Below, piece by piece: positions 46,507-55,601 of a stretch of 64,000 nt of DNA. A program made the position numbers and the translations under genes. How positions within the stretch are numbered: the first letter of the stretch is position 1; the number at the start of each line of letters is the position of its first letter. The stretch lies in contig CAVCMI010000015.1 in NCBI GenBank assembly GCA_963603365.1, positions 97,964-161,963 on the forward strand, read 5' to 3'. Source of the DNA: Oscillospiraceae bacterium. Its GTDB lineage: Bacteria > Bacteroidota > Bacteroidia > Bacteroidales > WCHB1-69. Under the pieces are notes generated by a model, which did no database searches, was not told the DNA's origin, and saw only the letters and a list, made by a program, of their open reading frames with translations.

Positions 46507-47469
46507 ATGAAGAACAGTTTCAACTCCAAACGCACGTCAACCAGATGGCGGGTTTATGTCCTGATGCTGGCGATAGCACTGTCTGTTTGGCAGCGTGCAG
46601 AAGCGCAGCGTTCGGAATTCGGCGTGCTGGCCGGCACGATGTTTTACCTGGGCGACCTGAACCAGACAAAACTGTTCAACGTCAACTTGAAAGACCCGTC
46701 GCTCAATCAGGTGCATTTCTCCGGCGGCTTCATGTACCGCTATAACCTGTCGCCGCGGCTGGCGTTGAAAGCGGACTTCCTTTTCGGGAAAGTATCGGCG
46801 AGCGATGCCGGCACCGCAATGGCGAACCGCAACCTCAGTTTCTCTTCGCCCGTGACAGAGTTCTCTGCGGAAGTGGAACTGAATTTCTTCGAACTCTACA
46901 ACACAACGGGCAAAAACAGATTCTCCCCCTACATTTTTGCCGGCCTGACCGTCTTCTCCTTTGACCCTACCACCATTTACAACAATGAGGAGTTTCACCT
47001 GCAAAGCCTCGGGACAGAGGGGCAAGGACTCTCATCCGACGGGCTGGCGTTCAACAATTCAGACCCCAACAGCACTGCAGTGGAGACTAAAGAACAGTAC
47101 TCGCTGACCAGCGTTGCCATTCCTTTCGGAATCGGAATCAAAGTCACCTGCGGCCGCATGTTCACTTTCGGGGCGGAATGGGGCATGCGTTGGACCTTCA
47201 CCGACTATCTTGACGATGTGAGCGGCTGCTACTATGACAACGACCTGCTGCGCAAACGGCGCGGCGACCTTGTGGCAGACATCGCAGACCGGTCTCCGGA
47301 ATTACAAGACGACAACGGCAACAACTTGCCGACACACATCGCCGGGCATCAGCGCGGAAACAATACGACGCACGATGCCTATTCGTTTGCAGGCATAACG
47401 ATGACTGTCAGATTCGGCAATTCAGACCGGGCATGTTACCTCAAACCCGCAAAAAGATCAAGAAGATAA
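46507..47469 (+). CDS. DUF6089-like outer-membrane beta-barrel protein
   Basis: Start at MKNSFNSKRTSTRWRVYVLMLAIALSVWQRAEAQ (signal peptide). RSEFGVLAGTMFYLGDLN and an alternating strand pattern. Position immediately upstream of uppS-bamA. Confidence 0.55.
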   Translation: MKNSFNSKRTSTRWRVYVLMLAIALSVWQRAEAQRSEFGVLAGTMFYLGDLNQTKLFNVNLKDPSLNQVHFSGGFMYRYNLSPRLALKADFLFGKVSASDAGTAMANRNLSFSSPVTEFSAEVELNFFELYNTTGKNRFSPYIFAGLTVFSFDPTTIYNNEEFHLQSLGTEGQGLSSDGLAFNNSDPNSTAVETKEQYSLTSVAIPFGIGIKVTCGRMFTFGAEWGMRWTFTDYLDDVSGCYYDNDLLRKRRGDLVADIADRSPELQDDNGNNLPTHIAGHQRGNNTTHDAYSFAGITMTVRFGNSDRACYLKPAKRSRR

Positions 47470-47480
47470 AAGAAAAAGCG

Positions 47481-48215
47481 ATGAAAGACCATACAAACAA
47501 TCTGCCGAAGCACATAGCCATCATTATGGACGGGAACGGACGTTGGGCCCAGCAACACGGCGAAGAACGCTCATTCGGGCATCAGGCCGGCGTAGAGTCT
47601 GTCAGAAGCGTCATTGAAGGCGCCGCTGAAATGGGAATAAAATACCTTACCCTCTATACCTTCTCTACCGAAAACTGGAACCGCCCGAAAGATGAAATAG
47701 ACATGCTGATGAACCTGCTGGTACAGTGCGTGCACAATGAATTGCCCTCTCTGATGAAGAACAAAGTGCGCCTTCTTGTATCCGGACGCATCGCAGACCT
47801 GCCTGAAACTTGCCGTGCCTCGTTGCAGTCGGCACTGGACAAGACCGCCGGGAACGATGGCCTCACCGTGTCGTTAGCATTGAGTTACGGCGGCCGCTCC
47901 GAACTCACCGATGCCATGAAAGCCATTGCCGCAGAAGCGGCCGCTGGCACTTTAAGTCCCGACAACATCAGCCAAGACACCATAAAAGCACACCTCTACC
48001 TGCCAGAAGTCCCTGACCCTGACCTGCTGGTCAGAACCGGCGGCGACTGCCGTATCAGCAATTTCCTGCTGTGGCAGATGGCTTACACAGAATTTTTCTT
48101 TGTCCCTGTCATGTGGCCAGACTTCAGGAAAGAGAACTTGCGCGAAATCATTCACCAATTCATGTCGCGCGAACGCCGTTTCGGGAAAACAGGAGAGCAA
48201 GTGAGGGAACAATGA
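47481..48215 (+). CDS. uppS: isoprenyl transferase (undecaprenyl-diphosphate synthase)
   Basis: PKHIAIIMDGNGRWA...GH.AG...LTLYTFSTENWNRP...LIRTGG..RISNFLLWQMAYTEFFF. Confidence 0.95.
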   Translation: MKDHTNNLPKHIAIIMDGNGRWAQQHGEERSFGHQAGVESVRSVIEGAAEMGIKYLTLYTFSTENWNRPKDEIDMLMNLLVQCVHNELPSLMKNKVRLLVSGRIADLPETCRASLQSALDKTAGNDGLTVSLALSYGGRSELTDAMKAIAAEAAAGTLSPDNISQDTIKAHLYLPEVPDPDLLVRTGGDCRISNFLLWQMAYTEFFFVPVMWPDFRKENLREIIHQFMSRERRFGKTGEQVREQ

Positions 48216-48224
48216 TTTTTTAAC

Positions 48225-48232
48225 TATCTTTG
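48225..48232 (+). promoter_or_regulatory. -7 promoter box for bamA
   Basis: TATCTTTG, 21 nt upstream of the ATG at 48253. Confidence 0.55.
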
Positions 48233-48252
48233 CCGTCAATTTTCGAGGAAGA

Positions 48253-50871
48253 ATGAAATTCTACAAGTGTGTCGCATTTATCGTACTGTCAGTGGCTTGT
48301 TGCTGGACGATGAGGAGTTACGGTCAGGTCATTGTCAACAACGACGGGACGGACGGGCAAGTGAAAGTTGACTATGCCAACCCGCGCGAATATGAGATAG
48401 GCGGCATAACCTCATCCGGAACGGCCGCACTCGACCAGAGGCAACTCTATTTCCATGTCGGCGATGTCATTGAAATCCCCGGCGAAGAAATTTCAAAAAG
48501 CATCAAGACTCTTTGGAAATCAGGACTGTATGAGGATGTGGAAATCACTGTCACGCGTATTTCCGGCAACATTGCCTTCTTGGATGTCCGGCTGGAAGAC
48601 CGCTCCCGCCTGATGTCGTTCGGCTTTAAGGGCACAACCAAGAGCGAAGAAAACGACCTCCGCGAAAAACTGCACATCTCCCAAGGCAACATCATCAATG
48701 ACAACCTGAAAATCACCTGCGCGAACATCATCCGCAAATACTATGTGGACAAAGGTTTTTACAGCTGTACCGTTGACGTGCAAGAGCTCGACGACGAGAA
48801 AGTCAAAAATGTGAAGAATCTCCTCTTTGACATCAAGAAATCCAAAAGAGTGAAGATTTCAAAAATAGACATCGAGGGGAACCAAGGCGTTTCAGAAGCC
48901 GTGCTGCTGCGTGCCATGAAAGAGACCAAGGAAAAGTTCCTTTTCATGCCTTTCTACAAGATGGACACCGCCATTGCCTACTGTTTCAAACATCCCGGAT
49001 ATTACCAGTCTATGGACATAAAAGACCATCTTGACAATTACTTCGCCAACCGGGTGAAACTGCGCATTTTCAAGAAGTCGAAATTCACAAAAGAGACCTA
49101 CGAGACCGACAAAGTCAACCTTATAAACCGCTACAACGAACTGGGATACCGCGACGCGGTCATCGAGCGCGACACCTACTATCTGGACGGTCACAACATG
49201 CGCATCGACATCAAGGTGAACGAAGGCCCGCAATACTATTTCAGAAACATCTACTTTGCAGGCAACACCAAATATCCTACCGCCTTGCTCCAGCAACTGC
49301 TCGGCATCAGCAAAGGCGACGTATATAACCAGACACTTCTGACGAAAAGCCTGACGATGAAAGAGGACGGCGAAGACATCGCCTCTTTGTACATGAACAA
49401 CGGGTATCTTTTCTTCAATGCCAATCCCGTGGAGGTGGCCGTTGACGGGGATTCCATTGACATCGAAATCCGCATACGCGAAGGCAAGCAGGCCAAGTAC
49501 AACAAGATCTCCATCAGCGGGAACACCAAGACCAACGACAAGGTCATCATGCGCGAAGTCACGACAATACCCGGGCAACTCTTCAACCGCGCCGACATCA
49601 TCCGCACACAACAAGTGCTGATGTCACTGGGCTACTTCAACCAGGAGAAAATGGACGTTCAGCCGAAGCCGAACGAGACTGACGGCACCGTGGACATCAC
49701 CTACGTTGTAGAGGAGACCTCCTCTGACCAGCTTTCGCTGAGCGCCGGATACGGCGGCACCGGCTTCGTGGCTACGGCAGGCATTGCGTTCAATAACTTC
49801 TCGACCCGGAAACTGTTCCAGAAGGATGCGTGGACTCCGATACCGGGCGGCGACGGGCAGCGCTTGGCACTGAATGTCTCCACAAACGCAAAATACTACC
49901 AATACTACAACCTCTCCTTTACGGAACCTTGGCTCGGCGGCAAAAAACCTAATGCCCTGACCGCCGGCATCTACTTTCAAAAACAGACTAACGGTTTCCT
50001 GAAATCCGACTCAACCAACCACAAGTTCTACAGCATTTCAGGCGCCTCGCTCTCAATAGCCTCTAAACTGAAATGGCCGGACGACTATTTTCAGATGTCA
50101 CACACCATCTCATATGAGTTCTATAACGTCAACTGGACTAACTTTTTCACTTTCAACAACGGTGTCGCCAACAGTTTGAGTTACATCTTTACGCTGTCGC
50201 GCAACTCTGTAAACGCACCTATCTACCCGCGTGAGGGGTCCAGCCTTACTTTCAGCATGCAGCTGACACCACCCTATTCGCTCTTTAGCAATAAGGATTA
50301 CGCCAACGCCACCGACCAGGACAAATACAGATGGCTCGAGTTCCATAAATGGAAACTGAATGTGTCGTGGTTCACCCGCATCGTTGACAATCTGGTGCTG
50401 AACGTGCGCCTCAAGATGGGCTTTATGGGATGCTACAACAAAAGTATCGGCATCAGCCCGTTCGGAAGGTTCTATGTGGGCGGAGACGGCCTTTCAAACT
50501 TTTCGTACGACGGACGCGAAATCGTCTCTTTGCGCGGCTATGACGACAATGTGCTTTCGCCTTACCAAGACGGCAGCAGCATCGGCGCCAGCGTCTACAA
50601 CAAATTCACCGCCGAACTGCGCTACCCTATTTCTCTGAACCCCTCCGCCACCGTTTATGTGCTGGCGTTCCTGGAAGCCGGCAAGGGCTGGCTCAAGAAT
50701 TACAACCCGTTTGAGATGTACAAGTCGGCAGGTGTCGGTGTCCGTATCTATCTGCCGATGTTCGGACTGCTCGGCTTCGACTGGGGTTACGGCTTCGACA
50801 AAGTTCCCGGACAACAGTCTTCGGCTTATGGCAGCCATTTCCATATCTCCATCAACCAGTCTATCGATTAA
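48253..50871 (+). CDS. bamA: outer membrane protein assembly factor BamA
   Basis: 872 aa. Signal peptide, POTRA-like repeats (e.g. KISKIDIEGNQGVSEAVLLRAM, YNKISISGNTKTNDKVIMREV), C-terminal Omp85 barrel (...GSHFHISINQSID). Confidence 0.92.
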   Translation: MKFYKCVAFIVLSVACCWTMRSYGQVIVNNDGTDGQVKVDYANPREYEIGGITSSGTAALDQRQLYFHVGDVIEIPGEEISKSIKTLWKSGLYEDVEITVTRISGNIAFLDVRLEDRSRLMSFGFKGTTKSEENDLREKLHISQGNIINDNLKITCANIIRKYYVDKGFYSCTVDVQELDDEKVKNVKNLLFDIKKSKRVKISKIDIEGNQGVSEAVLLRAMKETKEKFLFMPFYKMDTAIAYCFKHPGYYQSMDIKDHLDNYFANRVKLRIFKKSKFTKETYETDKVNLINRYNELGYRDAVIERDTYYLDGHNMRIDIKVNEGPQYYFRNIYFAGNTKYPTALLQQLLGISKGDVYNQTLLTKSLTMKEDGEDIASLYMNNGYLFFNANPVEVAVDGDSIDIEIRIREGKQAKYNKISISGNTKTNDKVIMREVTTIPGQLFNRADIIRTQQVLMSLGYFNQEKMDVQPKPNETDGTVDITYVVEETSSDQLSLSAGYGGTGFVATAGIAFNNFSTRKLFQKDAWTPIPGGDGQRLALNVSTNAKYYQYYNLSFTEPWLGGKKPNALTAGIYFQKQTNGFLKSDSTNHKFYSISGASLSIASKLKWPDDYFQMSHTISYEFYNVNWTNFFTFNNGVANSLSYIFTLSRNSVNAPIYPREGSSLTFSMQLTPPYSLFSNKDYANATDQDKYRWLEFHKWKLNVSWFTRIVDNLVLNVRLKMGFMGCYNKSIGISPFGRFYVGGDGLSNFSYDGREIVSLRGYDDNVLSPYQDGSSIGASVYNKFTAELRYPISLNPSATVYVLAFLEAGKGWLKNYNPFEMYKSAGVGVRIYLPMFGLLGFDWGYGFDKVPGQQSSAYGSHFHISINQSID

Positions 50872-50921
50872 CATAATAAAAACAGAAATCAATCGTTAAT
50901 TTCAGCGTAAAAAAGCATACT

Positions 50922-51452
50922 ATGAAGAGATTATTATTATCAACAGTTATCGTCCTGACGGCATTGGCATGTTTCGGCCAAAAATATGCCTATATCAATT
51001 CTGAATACATCCTTTCCAACATGTCGGAATACAAGGAGGCGCAAGCCGAGCTTGACCGCGTAGCCGTAATGTGGCAGAAAGAGATTGAGGCAAAGATGGC
51101 ATCCGTCGACTCCATGTACAAAAAGTACCAAGTGGAATCGATCACGATGCCGGAACAGATAAAAAGCAACCGCCAAAATGCTATCATGGAACAAGAAAAG
51201 GCCGTCAAGGAACTGCAGAAAAAGCGCTTCGGGCAAGACGGTGACCTGTTCAAGAAAAGAGAGGAATTGGTGAAGCCGATCCAAGACCGCGTCCTCAACA
51301 CAGTAAATGACTACGCCAAAGAGAAAGGCTTCGCATTTGTGTTCGACACAGCCGGCGACCTGACAATCATCTACGCCGACCCCAAATGGGACATCAACGA
51401 GGCTATTATGCAGAAACTCGGCGTGTCTGTCCGTACAGACACGGACGAATAG
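50922..51452 (+). CDS. OmpH/Skp-family periplasmic chaperone (paralog 1)
   Basis: Signal peptide, then QKYAYINSEYIL, a K/E/Q-rich helical hairpin, and ...YAKEKGFAFVFD. Confidence 0.85.
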   Translation: MKRLLLSTVIVLTALACFGQKYAYINSEYILSNMSEYKEAQAELDRVAVMWQKEIEAKMASVDSMYKKYQVESITMPEQIKSNRQNAIMEQEKAVKELQKKRFGQDGDLFKKREELVKPIQDRVLNTVNDYAKEKGFAFVFDTAGDLTIIYADPKWDINEAIMQKLGVSVRTDTDE

Positions 51453-51497
51453 TCCAGATAACGAAGTGAAATTGTAAAAAATAAATTTATTTACTCG

Positions 51498-51995
51498 ATG
51501 AAAAAAAAGTTGTTATTGATTGCTGCCGCCCTATTCTTCATTGCAGGAACGGCAGATGCTCAAAAGTATGGCCACGTCAACTCAAACGAGATTCTGGAAG
51601 TGATGCCGGGCATAGATTCTCTCCAAATCAAGCTGAATGCCTTCAAAACTGACTTGGAAAGCATGTTTGCCAGCATGATGACGGAATACCAGCAGAAAAA
51701 AGACAAATTTGACCGTGAAGTCGGGACAATGTCCTCAGCCGTCAGACAAGTACGCGAAAAAGAACTGCAAGACCTCGCCACCCGCATACAGGAATTTCAG
51801 ACGAACGCCCAGAATGACTTGGAAGACAAGCAATATGAATTAGCAAAACCTTTCCAGGACAAAATACAGAATGCCATCAACAAAGTGGCCAAGGACCATG
51901 GCTATGCCTATATTTTCGACACGAAAATATTGCTCTACTATGCCTCCGGGGACGACATCACACCGATGGTCAAAAAAGAAATAGGTATCCGATAA
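51498..51995 (+). CDS. OmpH/Skp-family periplasmic chaperone (paralog 2)
   Basis: Signal peptide, then QKYGHVNSNEIL...VAKDHGYAYIFD. Confidence 0.85.
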   Translation: MKKKLLLIAAALFFIAGTADAQKYGHVNSNEILEVMPGIDSLQIKLNAFKTDLESMFASMMTEYQQKKDKFDREVGTMSSAVRQVREKELQDLATRIQEFQTNAQNDLEDKQYELAKPFQDKIQNAINKVAKDHGYAYIFDTKILLYYASGDDITPMVKKEIGIR

Positions 51996-52006
51996 GACTC
52001 TCCGAC

Positions 52007-52510
52007 ATGAAAAAGTATATCATTGCAATACTGGCAGTTCTGTGCACCGTAACAGGCTTTTCCCAAAAAGCGAAGTTCGGGCATGTTGACTACGGTGACA
52101 TCATGAAAGACATGCCGGGAATTGATACTGCGCAAAGCAACTTGCTCGCCTTGCAGAATGAGCTTCAGGAGACGGGGCAGCAAATGGCCACGGAGATTCA
52201 GACGAAAGAGGCTGAATACCAAAGAATGGTTAATTCTGGCACCTCGTCTGCCGTGCTGAAAATCAAAGAAGACGAACTCCAGAAACTCTATTCGCGGCTG
52301 CAGGAGTTTGCCAGCAGCAGCGAACAGGAACTGCAAGCCAAGCAGATTGAACTGTTGAAGCCATTTCAAGAGAAATTGCTGGATGCCATCAAAGTTGTGG
52401 CAGAAAACGGCAAATACACCTACGTTTTTGACATCACCACGCTGTCGTTTTATAGCGACAGCGACAATCTGACCGATACGGTCAGGAAACAGTTAGGGAT
52501 TGTGAAATAA
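52007..52510 (+). CDS. OmpH/Skp-family periplasmic chaperone (paralog 3)
   Basis: Signal peptide, then KAKFGHVDYGDIM...VAENGKYTYVFD. Confidence 0.85.
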   Translation: MKKYIIAILAVLCTVTGFSQKAKFGHVDYGDIMKDMPGIDTAQSNLLALQNELQETGQQMATEIQTKEAEYQRMVNSGTSSAVLKIKEDELQKLYSRLQEFASSSEQELQAKQIELLKPFQEKLLDAIKVVAENGKYTYVFDITTLSFYSDSDNLTDTVRKQLGIVK

Positions 52511-52548
52511 AAGGAAAAGGCGCTCAGTTGAGCGCCTTTTCCTTTTTT
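52509..52548. terminator. bidirectional terminator between ompH paralog 3 and the ferredoxin gene
   Basis: AAGGAAAAGGCGCTC-AGTT-GAGCGCCTTTTCCTT flanked by A-runs on one side and T-runs on the other. Confidence 0.8.
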
Positions 52549-52564
52549 CTGTAACTCCTTTTGA

Positions 52565-52735
52565 TTACTCCAGGCTGATAGCTTCGCAAGGGCAAACGTC
52601 AGCGCAAGCGCCGCATTCGATGCAAAGGTCAGGGTTGATAGAATAAGCTGCACCCTCAGAAATAGCTTCTTGAGGACATTCGCCTTGGCACGTGCCACAA
52701 GCGACGCAATTGTCAGGATTAATTTTGTAAGCCAT
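52565..52735 (-). CDS. fdx: 2x[4Fe-4S] ferredoxin (56 aa; below the ORF-track length cutoff)
   Basis: Hand translation gives MAYKINPDNCVACGTCQGECPQEAISEGAAYSINPDLCIECGACADVCPCEAISLE, with two CxxCxxCxxxCP motifs. A TATTTTTG box lies 40 nt upstream. Confidence 0.85.
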   Translation of the reverse strand: MAYKINPDNCVACGTCQGECPQEAISEGAAYSINPDLCIECGACADVCPCEAISLE

Positions 52736-52774
52736 TGTTTTAATTGATGTTTGTTGTTGTTATTATTATGGCGG

Positions 52775-52782
52775 CAAAAATA
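52775..52782 (-). promoter_or_regulatory. -7 promoter box for the ferredoxin gene
   Basis: TATTTTTG on the minus strand, 40 nt upstream of the ATG at 52735. Confidence 0.55.
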
Positions 52783-52951
52783 CACTATTTTTCCGTTCAT
52801 TCAGATAAAATAATTCATCAACAGTCGGGCACGTTCATCTGTCATCTTATTCATTCATATACTGCAAACTACTCAAGGATTATTACAAGAATCCTCCAAA
52901 AAGGACAGCATATTCACGATTATTCAATGTTTGTTTCGGCATCTGTATGAC

Positions 52952-52990
52952 AAAAAGAAAGGCTTTGAGATTCTCAAAGCCTTTCTTTTT
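52952..52990 (-). terminator. rho-independent terminator of ilvE
   Basis: Near-perfect palindrome AAAAAGAAAGGCTTTGAGA/TCTCAAAGCCTTTCTTTTT, 19 nt after the ilvE stop. Confidence 0.75.
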
Positions 52991-53008
52991 GTGGAGGATT
53001 ATTTGGCA

Positions 53009-54031
53009 TTAGCAATCGATGATTGTACACCAGTTGTACTTGTCCTCGATTTCGCCATATTGGATACCCATAAGGATTTCGCGCATTTTGGTACACCACG
53101 GGCCGGGTTTGCCGTCTTTGGCGATGACATACACCTTGCCGCTCTCGCGGTCCTGAATCTCATGAATCGGAGAGATGACAGCGGCAGTACCGCAAGCGCC
53201 AGCCTCTTCGAATGTGCCGATCTCGTCGAGTTTGATATGACGTCTTTCGACCACAAGACCAAGGTCCTGCGCAATCGTTGTCAAACTCTTGTTGGTGATA
53301 GAGGGCAAAATAGAGCCCGAGTCGGGCGTGACATATTTTCCGTCCTTGATGCCGAAGAAGTTGGCCGGACCTGCCTCATCGATGTAGGTTTTGGTTTTTG
53401 CATCTGCGAAGATAGAGGCGCTGAAACCTTCTTTGTGGGCTCTTTCGCCGGCGCGAAGCGAGGCGGCATAGTTGCCTCCCACTTTCACATGACCGGTGCC
53501 GAGCGGAGCGGCACGGTCATAGTCGAGTGCGATCTGCATGTTCGTAGGCTTGAATCCCTCCTTGAAATAGGGACCTACGGGCATAACGAATACGACGAAA
53601 AGATATTCGTCAGCAGGCTTTACACCGATAGTCGGACCTGTACCGATCAGCAGCGGACGGATATAAAGAGAACCATCGGTTCCGTAAGGCGGTATATAGT
53701 CTGCATTCAGTTTGACCACCAGTTCCAAAGCGTCAAAGAACAGTTTTTCCGGAATCGGAGCCAACATAACCGTATCGGCAGAATTGTTGAGCCGTTTCCA
53801 GTTCTCGTCCCAGCGGAACAGACGGACTTTTCCGTCTTTGCCTCTGAAAGCCTTCATTCCCTCAAATGCTTCCTGTCCGTAGTGCAAGCACGAAGCCGCT
53901 ATGTGCATAGGAATGGTCTCGTCTGAAGTAACCTCTAAGTGTCCCCATTCGCCGTTCCTGAAATAACAGCGGACATTGTAATCGGTTTTCACATAACCGA
54001 ATGAAAGGTTTTTCCAATCAATGTTTTTCAT
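53009..54031 (-). CDS. ilvE: branched-chain-amino-acid aminotransferase (fold-type IV)
   Basis: LHYGQEAFEGMKAFRGKDGKVRLFR...GSLYIRPLLIGTG...VGGNYAASL...EAGPANFF...GACGTAAVISP. Confidence 0.92.
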   Translation of the reverse strand: MKNIDWKNLSFGYVKTDYNVRCYFRNGEWGHLEVTSDETIPMHIAASCLHYGQEAFEGMKAFRGKDGKVRLFRWDENWKRLNNSADTVMLAPIPEKLFFDALELVVKLNADYIPPYGTDGSLYIRPLLIGTGPTIGVKPADEYLFVVFVMPVGPYFKEGFKPTNMQIALDYDRAAPLGTGHVKVGGNYAASLRAGERAHKEGFSASIFADAKTKTYIDEAGPANFFGIKDGKYVTPDSGSILPSITNKSLTTIAQDLGLVVERRHIKLDEIGTFEEAGACGTAAVISPIHEIQDRESGKVYVIAKDGKPGPWCTKMREILMGIQYGEIEDKYNWCTIIDC

Positions 54032-54070
54032 TGTGCTAAAAGTTTTTTATTTTTTAATGTTGATTAATGA

Positions 54071-54583
54071 TTACAATTGTATCAAACTGTTTACGGTATG
54101 CCCTGACAAATTCTTCCTTCCCTCCAATGCCGTCAGTTCCATCAGAAACAGGGCTGAAACGGATGCCGGGCTGAAATGTTGTATAAGGTTGATGGCCGCT
54201 CGCATAGTGCCTCCGGTGGCCAGCACATCGTCTATCACAAGCACGCGCTTGTTCTGAGGCATACACCCTTGGTGAATTTCGAGTTCGGCCGTTCCATATT
54301 CAAGCTGGCAGGATTCGCTGAACTTTGCCCCGGGCAGTTTACCCTTTTTTCGGATCGGCACGAAAGGCAGCCCTAACTCGTATGCAATGACCGGTGCAAA
54401 AAAGAAACCGCGGGTCTCCAATGCGGCAACGACTTCGGGTTTTTCTGCCCTCGCGGCAGCAAGCATATCGTCTATCGCCTTGTGATACTCTGCGGCGTCA
54501 TTAAGCAAAGTGGTGATGTCATAGAACTTGATTCCCTCCTTTGGAAAACCTTCGACAATACGCACTTTGGAAAAATCAAACAT
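54071..54583 (-). CDS. apt: adenine phosphoribosyltransferase
   Basis: Start trimmed to MFDFSKVRIVEGFPKEGIKFYDITTLL. PRPP motif VLVIDDVLATGGT. Confidence 0.93.
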   Translation of the reverse strand: MFDFSKVRIVEGFPKEGIKFYDITTLLNDAAEYHKAIDDMLAAARAEKPEVVAALETRGFFFAPVIAYELGLPFVPIRKKGKLPGAKFSESCQLEYGTAELEIHQGCMPQNKRVLVIDDVLATGGTMRAAINLIQHFSPASVSALFLMELTALEGRKNLSGHTVNSLIQL

Positions 54584-54616
54584 AACAATAATTATATGTA
54601 ACCGTTTAGATGAGCG

Positions 54617-54624
54617 CAAAAGTA
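54617..54624 (-). promoter_or_regulatory. -7 promoter box for apt
   Basis: TACTTTTG on the minus strand, 34 nt upstream of the apt ATG (54583). Confidence 0.5.
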
Positions 54625-54636
54625 CACTTTTTTTTG

Positions 54637-54644
54637 TACTTTTG
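54637..54644 (+). promoter_or_regulatory. -7 promoter box for the ptb-like gene
   Basis: TACTTTTG, 40 nt upstream of the ATG at 54684. Confidence 0.5.
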
Positions 54645-54683
54645 CCGACTTACACAATAAAACTACAATTAAAACTCAAATAT

Positions 54684-55586
54684 ATGAATATTACAAAATT
54701 AGACCAGGTTGTGGAACTGGTGAAATCCAAGCCTAAGAAAAGACTTGTGGCAGCCAATGCAAACGACGAACACACCATTCAGGCGGTCAATGCCGCCGTT
54801 GACATGGGCGTAATTGACGCCACCTTGGTGGGAGACACTGCTGCTATTGAGTCCGTCTGCAAGAATCTGGGCATCGACACGGCAAAGTTCAAAATCGTCC
54901 ATGAGACTTCCGACGTGAAAGCCGCCGCTATCAGCTGCGACCTTATCAACAACGGAGAGGGCGACATCCTGATGAAAGGTCTGCTTCCCACCGACAAGTA
55001 TATGCACGCCATCCTCAACAAGGAGCGCGGGCTTTGTCCTCCAAAGGCTACCCTGTCGCATGTGACAGTGATTGAGAATCCTGCTTACCACAAACTGCTC
55101 ATCGTTGGAGACGTGGCCATCATTCCCGCGCCGGACTTGAAACAGAAAAAAGTCATTCTCCGCAATGTGGTCAGTACGGCCAAGGCTATAGGCATTGAGA
55201 AACCTAAGGTTGCGCTCATCGCTTGTTCGGAGCAGATGCTTCCGGGCGTTCAGGCCTGCATTGACGCTGCGCTGCTGGCAAAAGAGGCCGAACGCACCCG
55301 TATGGATGCCTACGTTGACGGTCCTCTTTCGCTCGACATTGCCATCAACAAAGAAGCTGCCGACCTGAAAAGAGTGGAGAACCCTGTAGCCGGCGATGCC
55401 GACTGTCTGGTATTCCCCAACATCGAAACCGGCAACGTCTTCTATAAATGCTGCACTAAATTCAACCATGCCGAGCTTGGCGCTATCATTATGGGTGCAA
55501 AGATCCCGTGCGTGCTCTCTTCACGCGGCGACACGGCCAAGACAAAACTGTACTCCATCTCATTAGCCGCCCTGCTGGCAAAATAG
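54684..55586 (+). CDS. ptb: phosphate acyltransferase of the butyryl/acetyl (Ptb/Pta_PtaB) type
   Basis: 300 aa from MNITKLDQVVELVKSKPKKRLVAANANDEHTIQAVNAAVDMGVIDATLVGD. Motifs GEGDILMKG, DVAI.PAPDL, NIETGNVFYK and SSRGDT match short phosphotransacylases. Confidence 0.7.
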   Translation: MNITKLDQVVELVKSKPKKRLVAANANDEHTIQAVNAAVDMGVIDATLVGDTAAIESVCKNLGIDTAKFKIVHETSDVKAAAISCDLINNGEGDILMKGLLPTDKYMHAILNKERGLCPPKATLSHVTVIENPAYHKLLIVGDVAIIPAPDLKQKKVILRNVVSTAKAIGIEKPKVALIACSEQMLPGVQACIDAALLAKEAERTRMDAYVDGPLSLDIAINKEAADLKRVENPVAGDADCLVFPNIETGNVFYKCCTKFNHAELGAIIMGAKIPCVLSSRGDTAKTKLYSISLAALLAK

Positions 55587-55601
55587 CAAAACCTGCCGGA
55601 G

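Noticed and set aside
52450-52800. A 116-aa minus-strand ORF covering the ompH-ilvE intergenic region.
   Set aside because: It is in a different frame from a textbook 56-aa 2x[4Fe-4S] ferredoxin (52565-52735) and runs through the bidirectional terminator. The ferredoxin reading is far better supported.
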